Virus record (IMG/VR): IMGVR_UViG_3300045988_117192
Span: 23,646 to 87,645 of that record
DNA from: a virus
Reading direction: 5' to 3' (one strand)
Length of the DNA stretch: 64,000 nucleotides
Every line of letters starts with the position of its first letter. Position 1 is the first letter of the stretch. Made by a program: the position numbers and the translations under genes. The notes beneath the pieces were generated by a model that saw only the letters and a program-made list of their open reading frames with translations, made no database searches and was not told the origin of the DNA. Below, one piece after another: positions 57,270 through 64,000 of this stretch.

Positions 57270-58725
57270 ATTTAATATAAGCTTTATTTTTACATCTACT
57301 TAAAGCAACATAAAGTCTACGATTTATTTCTTCAGCATCAGTATAAGGATGACCATATTTATCAAATACAATATCGTCTACATCTACAAATACTGTATCA
57401 AAAGTAGAACCTTGACTTTTATGAGCAGTAAGAGCAAAACCATAATCTAAATCTCTTGCAAATTCTATCTTACCATCACGATTAATGATATTAGTAAGAA
57501 GTAAACAAGATTCTTTAAATTGAAAATAATCTCTCCAACGTTGAGCACGAAGTTTAGTACTAGTTGTTTTAGCAGATTTAATTAAATCACGAGATAGTTT
57601 TACATACATATTAATAGTAAAATTATCTTTATGGTCTACAATAAATAAAGGATAAGTATTAGTACCTCCATGAATTGCAGTAAATCGTACCATAAAACCT
57701 TTAAGATTATACTTAGGATGCGTATAATTTACAACATCTTTAAGAATATATTCTTCAGAATTTTTAATAATACAACTATTAAATTGATCTACTATAGTAC
57801 AATAACTAATAATTAAATCATTTTTAGTAATCACACTTCTATCAGCATCTTTAATGATAGCATTTCTAACAAACTTATTCCAACCTGAAACAGTATTATT
57901 AGTATAAGCAATTACTTTAGCATAATCTACATTCTTAGTTAATGCTTCATCATTAAAATTAGTATATACTATTTCTTCGAACTCTTTACTAGTACAAACC
58001 TTATAACCTTTTATATTATCATCATCAAATTTACTACGATTTTTAGATATATAATCTAAAAAGTTAAAACTTTTATGTTCTATATCATATCGTAATAAAT
58101 CAAGAAGATAACTTATAGGATTATTATCACCTTGTCGAACAACTTGTTTTAAAGTATTTATTTTGATACCTTTAAAAGCAGAACTATATTTTTCGTTTAC
58201 AGGAGCTAATTGAGAACCATCACCAATATAAATTATTTTACATTGATTAGTTTTACAAGTTTTCTCAAGAAACATACATAGTCCACGATTAATCATAGAA
58301 GATTCATCAACTATATAAAGTTTATAATCTCCTATTTTAATTCTACCTTTAGGGTCAAAAGGAGGATTGGAAATATCAAATTTCTCTACATCAAAGTTAA
58401 GTCTAAGACCTAAATCTGATTGTAAAGTATTAACTTTGACATTTCCAATTCCAATACTTTCAGCAAGTACTCGACAAGCCTTATGGGTAGGTGCAGCAAG
58501 ACCTATAGTAGAATAAGCCATATTACTATTTCTAATAAGAGCTTTTACTAAATAAGTTTTACCAGTACCAGCAGCACCTATTAAAGCTCTTTTATAATCG
58601 TTAGGATTATAAGGATTATTAATAAAATCTATAAGAGATTCATAGGCATTCATTTGGTCATTAGTAAAATTAGTAATACTTACTGCATCTTTACCATTTG
58701 CTTGACTTATACTTGTTATGTTCAT
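57259..58725 (-). CDS. SF1 DNA helicase (Dda/RecD/Pif1-like)
   Basis: Walker A GAAGTGKT, motif II IVDESSM, YIGDGSQLAPV, ALTAHKSQGSTFDTV, LYVALSRCK. Confidence 0.85.
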   Translation of the reverse strand: MNITSISQANGKDAVSITNFTNDQMNAYESLIDFINNPYNPNDYKRALIGAAGTGKTYLVKALIRNSNMAYSTIGLAAPTHKACRVLAESIGIGNVKVNTLQSDLGLRLNFDVEKFDISNPPFDPKGRIKIGDYKLYIVDESSMINRGLCMFLEKTCKTNQCKIIYIGDGSQLAPVNEKYSSAFKGIKINTLKQVVRQGDNNPISYLLDLLRYDIEHKSFNFLDYISKNRSKFDDDNIKGYKVCTSKEFEEIVYTNFNDEALTKNVDYAKVIAYTNNTVSGWNKFVRNAIIKDADRSVITKNDLIISYCTIVDQFNSCIIKNSEEYILKDVVNYTHPKYNLKGFMVRFTAIHGGTNTYPLFIVDHKDNFTINMYVKLSRDLIKSAKTTSTKLRAQRWRDYFQFKESCLLLTNIINRDGKIEFARDLDYGFALTAHKSQGSTFDTVFVDVDDIVFDKYGHPYTDAEEINRRLYVALSRCKNKAYIKYGC

Positions 58726-58731
58726 TTTATT

Positions 58732-59205
58732 TTATTTCTTAAACAAAGGTTTATCCTCATGAGTTAAACAAGGTCTATAATCTTTTACAAAAGGACTAAA
58801 AGATATAAATTCTTTATATTGAAAATACATCTTTCCGTTTATTCGTACAATATTACCTGTAATAACTATGTTTTCTCTAAAAGGAATATAATGTTTTACA
58901 TCATTATAAAGATTAGCTAAAGCTTTATCTCTGATAATACATCGAAATCTACTTTCATCTATTCTTTCTTTACTGAAAATTATTTCTTTACCTTTAATAT
59001 CATAACTTTCAGTAGTAAATGGAATTAATAGAATATCAGCATTTTCTTCATTATTAACACAAATTTTAGCTTTAAAGCCTTCATCATCTTTGATAACTAT
59101 AGCTCTACATATTCTACTAATAACATTACTTTCTGTAGAAACATTATGTTTCCTTTTATTTCTTTTGGCAATATTTATTTTTATACCAAGAAGAGGAACA
59201 ACCAT
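58732..59205 (-). CDS. hypothetical protein (157 aa)
   Basis: ORF directly downstream of the next gene. Confidence 0.45.
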   Translation of the reverse strand: MVVPLLGIKINIAKRNKRKHNVSTESNVISRICRAIVIKDDEGFKAKICVNNEENADILLIPFTTESYDIKGKEIIFSKERIDESRFRCIIRDKALANLYNDVKHYIPFRENIVITGNIVRINGKMYFQYKEFISFSPFVKDYRPCLTHEDKPLFKK

Positions 59206-59207
59206 AA

Positions 59208-59489
59208 CTATTTTCTTTTATCAGTTAATTTATGTTCTTTTGCAGCTTTCTTTGCAGCACGTGCATTAGATTTAGCTACATTTTCTGAGACAACTTTAGC
59301 TACACCTTTAGCTATATTGTCCCAAACAAAATGATATCCGCAATAATTTACAAGATAATCAATTTTACCCCACATACGAATACCAATAACTACTGCTTTA
59401 GAAGCACGAAGAGTTTTAGTAACTACATTAAAGCTACCAATACGACCAAAACTACGAAGGTCACTGTTTTCATCATGACGTTTTGCCAT
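59208..59489 (-). CDS. hypothetical basic protein (93 aa)
   Basis: ORF with Lys/Ala-rich C-terminus (ARAAKKAAKEHKLTDKRK); first gene downstream of the triple-hairpin region. Confidence 0.45.
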   Translation of the reverse strand: MAKRHDENSDLRSFGRIGSFNVVTKTLRASKAVVIGIRMWGKIDYLVNYCGYHFVWDNIAKGVAKVVSENVAKSNARAAKKAAKEHKLTDKRK

Positions 59490-59629
59490 TTTACAACAAT
59501 TTTAAAAAGTAAATAATTAAGTTAATTAAAAGCTCAAATAAGAGCATTGTCTTCTTTATGAGAATCGAACTCATTTATAAGATTATTTGTAATATCTTAT
59601 GTTTTACCTATATAAACTAAAAGAAGAAA

Positions 59630-59659
59630 ACCGTTACGACTTTTACAAGCAATAACGGT
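59630..59659. repeat. hairpin repeat unit 1 (stem ACCGTTA/TAACGGT, loop CGACTTTTACAAGCAA)
   Basis: 7-bp perfect stem with 16-nt loop sharing the GACTTT(T/C)ACAAGCA core with units 2 and 3. Confidence 0.6.
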
Positions 59660-59700
59660 CAAAATATATGGATATATAACAAAAATGATTTCTAATAAAA

Positions 59701-59730
59701 ACCATTACGACTTTCACAAGCAGTAATGGT
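59701..59730. repeat. hairpin repeat unit 2 (stem ACCATTAC/GTAATGGT, loop GACTTTCACAAGCA)
   Basis: 8-bp perfect stem; loop identical to unit 3; stem differs from unit 1 by compensatory changes. Confidence 0.6.
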
Positions 59731-59777
59731 ACTAACATAAATTAAAAGTATGAGTAAAAATGAGTTTCATTAATAAA

Positions 59778-59807
59778 AATACTACGACTTTCACAAGCAG
59801 TAGTATT
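59778..59807. repeat. hairpin repeat unit 3 (stem AATACTAC/GTAGTATT, loop GACTTTCACAAGCA)
   Basis: 8-bp perfect stem; conserved loop; stem sequence co-varies with the other units. Confidence 0.6.
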
Positions 59808-59855
59808 AAGTAAACATTATGAATAATACTTATCAAATTATGGGATTAACCATAG

Positions 59856-59939
59856 TACCTAGAATGGGACTCGAACCCACACAAGCTAAAGCTCAACAGA
59901 TTTTAAGTCTGTCGTGTCTACCTATTCCACCATCTAGGT
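59856..59939 (-). tRNA. tRNA-Leu(TAA), class II with long variable arm
   Basis: hand-folded from the reverse complement: acceptor ACCTAGA/TCTAGGT, D-stem GTG/CAC with 11-nt loop, anticodon stem ACAGA/TCTGT with loop CTTAAAA (anticodon TAA), 15-nt variable arm with GAGC/GCTT stem, T-stem GTGGG/CCCAT with TTCGAGT loop. Confidence 0.6.
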
Positions 59940-60223
59940 ATCATCTTCAATCATAAAAGTTATATAATATATTTATTTATGATTTCAGAGAGTTTATTTT
60001 TTTAGTTGATGAAGTTATAAACTAAACTATTATAAGCTATCATACTTAAAACAAATGGCCAAATCTGACTTATTTAGTAATACTTACGGATTTTATATTC
60101 CTGCATCAATATATCGACTATCCAAACAATCAGCACTACAACAATAAATATCAGCATCATAACTTTCAAGATAATCTCTAACATCTTTATCAGACATTGT
60201 TTTAACCATTTCATCTAAATTAT

Positions 60224-60595
60224 TCATAATAATATAAGCATTGAAATTAAAACTGCTATAGTAATACAAGTATTAATACAAGTATTAATAATAGATAAAC
60301 GTTTAAAGTTTTTACATTTATTTATAATTTCAAAATAATTACTTGCATATTCATCACAACAATCTTTAAAATCATTTATTTGTTTATTAAGATTAGCAAT
60401 ATTAATATCTTTATCTTTAATTACTTTTATTAAATCTTGTATTTTATCATAATAATTTTTATTGATATCATCAAATGCTTTTATTTGAGAACGTAAATCT
60501 TCATTATTTTTTTTAAGTTTTTTATAAATATCATCTTTACGTATTATAATATCAACTAATTTTCTTTTATCTTTATTTATTAAAGCATTAGACAT
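60224..60595 (-). CDS. coiled-coil protein with C-terminal transmembrane anchor (123 aa)
   Basis: Lys/Asp-rich heptad-like sequence ending in ITIAVLISMLILL. Confidence 0.45.
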   Translation of the reverse strand: MSNALINKDKRKLVDIIIRKDDIYKKLKKNNEDLRSQIKAFDDINKNYYDKIQDLIKVIKDKDINIANLNKQINDFKDCCDEYASNYFEIINKCKNFKRLSIINTCINTCITIAVLISMLILL

Positions 60596-60811
60596 AATAT
60601 TAAAAGTTTTAATGGTTATAGTATTTTATTCAAATTCAAAGTTATCTCCAAAATCATCATCTGATTCTTCCATTATTTCACCATAAAGGTCATAATCATC
60701 AAAATCAGAACTTATACAATCAGAATCAACTTGAACTTTATAAGCATCAAAATCATCTTCCATAAATATAATAATTATGTTATTAGTAAATTTGATGCAA
60801 ATATAATCATT

Positions 60812-60828
60812 TCTTCTAAGGGGGAGCT
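60812..60828 (-). repeat. degenerate GC-rich motif copy (CTAAGGGGGAGCTAT), reverse orientation, intergenic
   Basis: one substitution relative to the core; forms a divergent pair with the copy at 60868-60886. Confidence 0.6.
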
Positions 60829-60867
60829 ATAATACCACTATTTTAAGTAATAATAATAGTTGCATTA

Positions 60868-60886
60868 TAACTCCCCCGTAGAAGAA
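60868..60886 (+). repeat. GC-rich dispersed motif copy, intergenic (AACTCCCCCGTAGAAGAAAG)
   Basis: core 60870-60880; about 40 nt from the degenerate inverted copy. Confidence 0.8.
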
Positions 60887-60901
60887 AGTTATATTATCTT
60901 A

Positions 60902-61351
60902 TTACATTAAAACATCATTAGCATAATAATTTAATGTAATAGTACTTTCAAATACATTATCAGTATGAATTTTAGCATACTTGTGTTCTTTAGTTTTCCA
61001 GCAAAGTCCATCATCAGAAAAATCTTGCTTAGTATGATATGTTACATTATAGTAATTGTAAGTAACATCTATATCACCATTAAAACAATTTATACAATTA
61101 ATATTCTTAATATTTGTAATACAACGATTTTCTAGAAGTTTATCAATAACTTTAAGAATTTTCATTTTATTAAAATCATCTTTAGTTTTAATAAATGATT
61201 TTATCTCATTATTATCACAAAGACACATTTCAATAAAACGACAAAGTAGATTATCATTTTCTGTAAGTCTAAAATGTTCAGCTAAAATGTTTAATATTTG
61301 ATTGTTCTTAACATTAGCAGCAACTTTTAAAATAACTTCTTTAGTAATCAT
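60902..61351 (-). CDS. hypothetical protein (149 aa)
   Basis: ORF; Cys-containing; no motif recognised. Confidence 0.45.
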   Translation of the reverse strand: MITKEVILKVAANVKNNQILNILAEHFRLTENDNLLCRFIEMCLCDNNEIKSFIKTKDDFNKMKILKVIDKLLENRCITNIKNINCINCFNGDIDVTYNYYNVTYHTKQDFSDDGLCWKTKEHKYAKIHTDNVFESTITLNYYANDVLM

Positions 61352-61608
61352 AATTTCAGTCCTCCTTAAATTTTAAATTGCAAGCATTCTAGGTTTACCT
61401 TTAGCTTGATGTTTAGTAAAATAATTACAAGCAAGAATATAAGCTCTTACAGGGTTTGATGTACAAATAGTTATATTATTTACTACATCATTAGATCTAG
61501 ATGACCTAAAGAAATACAAATTAATCATTGTAAAGTCCTCCTTTTATTGTATTTTTTGATTTAATCTTTTACTAATATAAATGATGTACTAATAAAAGAT
61601 ATTGATGT

Positions 61609-61890
61609 TTATTTAGAAGTTGTTTGGTATTTTCTACCCATTTTAATTTGAATTTCTTTAGGTAGATACATACGATACTTCTTGTTAGTTTTCTTACTAG
61701 TTTTCCAAATATAGTAAGCTCCAGTTCTAGACTTATATACTTTGTAGATGTTATCAGACATTTTATAAGTATAAGTCGTAGTACTATCAACATTAGATGT
61801 TAAATGTCTTGTAGGTGCTACAAATTGTTGAGCACTTACTTGTAATGATACTCCTAGTACCATTACAAGTAAAAGTGTTAATCTTTTCAT
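61609..61890 (-). CDS. small secreted protein with signal peptide (93 aa)
   Basis: MKRLTLLLVMVLGVSLQVSAQQ signal-peptide-like N-terminus followed by a basic Tyr/Lys-rich domain. Confidence 0.45.
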   Translation of the reverse strand: MKRLTLLLVMVLGVSLQVSAQQFVAPTRHLTSNVDSTTTYTYKMSDNIYKVYKSRTGAYYIWKTSKKTNKKYRMYLPKEIQIKMGRKYQTTSK

Positions 61891-61892
61891 TG

Positions 61893-62207
61893 TTATTGTT
61901 GTGATTTATAAAGTGAGTCAATTATTTCTTTCTCGATGTCAATGTTGTCTTGTTCTTCTCCATCAAATTGAGGTAAGTCATAACCATATTCGTTCCAAAG
62001 AACATCACCTAAAGAACTAATCATAACATCTTGATACTTTATCAATTTCTGCTGATGTTGTATAAGTTCATATTTAAACTTATTAGATTCTTTAAGATGT
62101 TCTACATCATCTTTATCAGATGTTGTAAATGAAACTAATATTAATGTTATAACAATACTTATAGCTGATACTACAAAGTTAATTGCTAAAGAGTTGTTTT
62201 TATTCAT
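61893..62207 (-). CDS. small membrane protein (104 aa)
   Basis: N-terminal TM helix LAINFVVSAISIVITLILVSF. Confidence 0.45.
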   Translation of the reverse strand: MNKNNSLAINFVVSAISIVITLILVSFTTSDKDDVEHLKESNKFKYELIQHQQKLIKYQDVMISSLGDVLWNEYGYDLPQFDGEEQDNIDIEKEIIDSLYKSQQ

Positions 62208-62331
62208 TGTTTTAGTCCTCCTAAAATTTAAATTTAATACATTCTAATGTAGATTTTTCATTATCAATTTCATAACCTTGTGGTATTTCTATTTTAAATT
62301 CTTTTATTTTCATAACTAGTTTTTTAAATTA

Positions 62332-62370
62332 AGTATTAGTATTAATACTTATAATACTAATACTAATACT
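62332..62370. promoter_or_regulatory. palindromic hexamer-repeat element (AGTATT)2-AATACT-TAT-(AATACT)3 centred on CTTATAAT
   Basis: inverted hexamer repeats around a TATAAT-like core in the intergenic region upstream of minus-strand gene 61893-62207. Confidence 0.4.
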
Positions 62371-62382
62371 CTTACTATGTTT

Positions 62383-63291
62383 TTAGATATTGTATTTTTG
62401 GTCTACAATCTCAAAGTTAGGTAAATCACCATATTTAGCTTCAGTGATAAGCATACCAAAATACTTACTGAAATGTTCTGCAATTTCTTTAGTAGCACAA
62501 CCTAGGAATGCAGAATTAGCATCAGCAAAACCAATACGTCTACTAGAATCAAAACAACTTAAACCAACATAACCACAGTCACTAGCATTACCAAGAACTT
62601 TATATAAAACACATTCATTCTTAATATCACCTATTATTTCTAGCCTATTTGCTTTAATTTCTTTTTCATAATAAGTAGAATCTGTAGTCATGATAGGATT
62701 AAAAGGATAATAAATACGAGAATCCTTAGAATCTGTTGTAAGATTTAAATCTTGACCAAAGTTAAGTGCTTTTCTAATAATGTTTAGTTCAAACATTGCA
62801 GCATTAGCTGTACTAATTACACTTATATCTGTAGCTATCTTAATCATATCATTATAATCAAGCTTCATAACTTCACAAGCATCTTTAAAGGATTTAATAT
62901 CTACAAAAGAATCTACTAGTTCTTCTTCTGTAAAAACTCTAAGAGCTAGTTTTTTAAGAGTATCATTATTACTCTTATACCATTGCTTAGCTTCTCTAAG
63001 TGAAAGAGGTATTGTTCTTACCTTTGTTCTTCTTTTGATGTTCTTAGTATTCGTGTTGTTAGTGTTGTTAACAGTGTCCATGTTGTTTGTTTTATTGTTC
63101 ATGTTGTTTGTTTTGTTTGTGTTTAAACTATAATTTCCGTAAAAACTATTTTTCATGATACGATTTATTTTGTTCATAACTTTAAAGTTAAAATCTAATG
63201 CTTTAGTAGTATCATCTTCTGTAATATGATTAAAAGATAATAGTACTTTAGAATCTGAAATAGTAGCTTTACTGATAATTAATTTATCCAT
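62383..63291 (-). CDS. hypothetical protein (302 aa) with N-terminal domain paralogous to the neighbouring 96-aa protein
   Basis: N-terminus KLIISKATISDSKVLLSFNHITEDD resembles KVTIIKTTISDSELTEAFSHLTKDD of ORF 63360-63650. Confidence 0.5.
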   Translation of the reverse strand: MDKLIISKATISDSKVLLSFNHITEDDTTKALDFNFKVMNKINRIMKNSFYGNYSLNTNKTNNMNNKTNNMDTVNNTNNTNTKNIKRRTKVRTIPLSLREAKQWYKSNNDTLKKLALRVFTEEELVDSFVDIKSFKDACEVMKLDYNDMIKIATDISVISTANAAMFELNIIRKALNFGQDLNLTTDSKDSRIYYPFNPIMTTDSTYYEKEIKANRLEIIGDIKNECVLYKVLGNASDCGYVGLSCFDSSRRIGFADANSAFLGCATKEIAEHFSKYFGMLITEAKYGDLPNFEIVDQKYNI

Positions 63292-63314
63292 TTTTGTTAT
63301 TTATTTTGAAGTTA

Positions 63315-63351
63315 TTAAGAGTACTAACACTTATAATGCTAGTACTCTTAA
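63315..63351. promoter_or_regulatory. 12-bp perfect inverted repeat TTAAGAGTACTA-(13 nt, CTTATAAT core)-TAGTACTCTTAA, operator-like
   Basis: perfect palindrome arms flanking a TATAAT-like box about 25-60 nt upstream of the start of minus-strand gene 62383-63291. Confidence 0.45.
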
Positions 63352-63359
63352 TGAAACAT

Positions 63360-63650
63360 TTAAAGTAAATCCCATTCAGCTAATGCACCTATAGGTGTCA
63401 TACCTAATAAGTCCATGCAAATTCGTACTTCTGTTTCTAAACCGTAAACAGCTGCTATTTTTAGTGCTCGTTTACGATCTATCTTTTCTTCTGTTGTGAT
63501 TCTTTTAAGGTCATCTTTTGTAAGATGGCTAAAAGCTTCTGTTAACTCAGAATCAGAGATTGTTGTTTTGATGATAGTTACTTTCTTCATTTTATTGTTT
63601 GTTTTGTTGTTTGTGGTACTTAATTTAGTACTAATACTCCTCGTACTCAT
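63360..63650 (-). CDS. hypothetical protein (96 aa), paralogous N-terminus to 62383-63291 protein
   Basis: ORF; shared N-terminal TISDS-containing segment with the downstream larger protein. Confidence 0.45.
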   Translation of the reverse strand: MSTRSISTKLSTTNNKTNNKMKKVTIIKTTISDSELTEAFSHLTKDDLKRITTEEKIDRKRALKIAAVYGLETEVRICMDLLGMTPIGALAEWDLL

Positions 63651-63806
63651 ACAAGGTTGAACCCAACCTTTAATTATTGTTTTATCATAACAGTATCTAT
63701 AATTATTATATTAATTAATATACTAATACTAGTAATAATATAAGTAATAAAATAATTAATAGAATTAATGATGATTAAACTTATTGTTGTTTTTGTGTAG
63801 TTGTTA

Positions 63807-63825
63807 TAAGAAAAGTAGTATTTGG
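63807..63825. repeat. left arm of 19-bp perfect inverted repeat (TAAGAAAAGTAGTATTTGG)
   Basis: reverse complement found at 63950-63968; arms are 124 nt apart in the non-coding right edge. Confidence 0.55.
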
Positions 63826-63949
63826 CAGTATATAGTTTATGATGGTAATAAAAGATGAATTGAAGAATGAGCTGAAATTGTAAATTGGGGAACTGTTCAA
63901 CCTACTATTATTCATACTTCTACATATCATCATAATCCTATACATGATA

Positions 63950-63968
63950 CCAAATACTACTTTTCTTA
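63950..63968. repeat. right arm of 19-bp perfect inverted repeat (CCAAATACTACTTTTCTTA)
   Basis: exact reverse complement of 63807-63825. Confidence 0.55.
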
Positions 63969-64000
63969 CATATAACTAATCATAGTGCTACTATTATTCA

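Noticed and set aside
59630-59807. Mini CRISPR array (three about 30-nt repeats separated by about 40-45-nt spacers)
   Set aside because: Repeat stems differ from each other by compensatory substitutions while the loop is conserved. CRISPR repeats are near-identical, there are only three units, and no cas genes or leader are present. I interpret them as structured hairpin elements instead.
61572-61793. 73-aa ORF overlapping 61609-61890 in another frame
   Set aside because: The overlapping 93-aa ORF has a convincing signal peptide and start context, and the 73-aa ORF has no distinguishing features, so I treat it as a frame artefact.
1-64000. Alternative genetic code or stop-codon reassignment (common in some crAss-like lineages)
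   Set aside because: Multi-kilobase ORFs (14.3 kb, 7.6 kb, 4.1 kb) are intact under the standard code, and well-motifed enzymes (PolB, helicase, ligase, dUTPase) read through without internal stops. There is no sign of recoding in this window.
1-64000. Integrase, excisionase or repressor lysogeny module, or an obvious defence system (RM, Abi, toxin-antitoxin)
   Set aside because: I searched the translations for tyrosine or serine recombinase motifs, methyltransferase motifs and classic toxin folds and found none. The window appears to be a purely lytic-type structural plus replication segment.

Overview
The window is extremely AT-rich phage DNA (I judge roughly 25-30% GC by eye) with the gene content and architecture of a crAss-like (Crassvirales-type) podovirus. 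The plus strand (306-35770) carries the end of a late/structural block. It includes large Asn/Tyr-rich structural proteins, a 2547-aa cargo-like protein, and a 4761-aa protein with the DFDID motif typical of crAss-like virion-packaged RNA polymerases. A strand-switch region (35771-36609) holds convergent terminators and two to three tRNA genes. The minus strand (36610-63650) carries a DNA replication, recombination and nucleotide-metabolism module. Its recognisable genes are family-B DNA polymerase, SF1 helicase, Toprim primase-like protein, ATP-dependent DNA ligase, SSB-like and RecT-like proteins, UDG-like protein, dUTPase, dCMP deaminase, ThyX, HAD phosphatase, a thioredoxin-like protein, many small hypothetical or membrane proteins, and a tRNA-Leu. 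The most unusual signal is a GC-rich 15-17-nt motif (AGCTCCCCCGTAGAAGAG) present 16 times on both strands. It occurs in intergenic regions and inside ORFs in all three reading frames. As far as I can see, it accounts for every run of five or more G or C in the window. Other notable elements are three tandem hairpins with a conserved loop and co-varying stems (59630-59807), palindromic operator-like sites built around CTTATAAT, a 19-bp terminal inverted repeat pair, and a GC-rich two-gene island. I found no CRISPR array, no integrase, and no evidence of stop-codon recoding.
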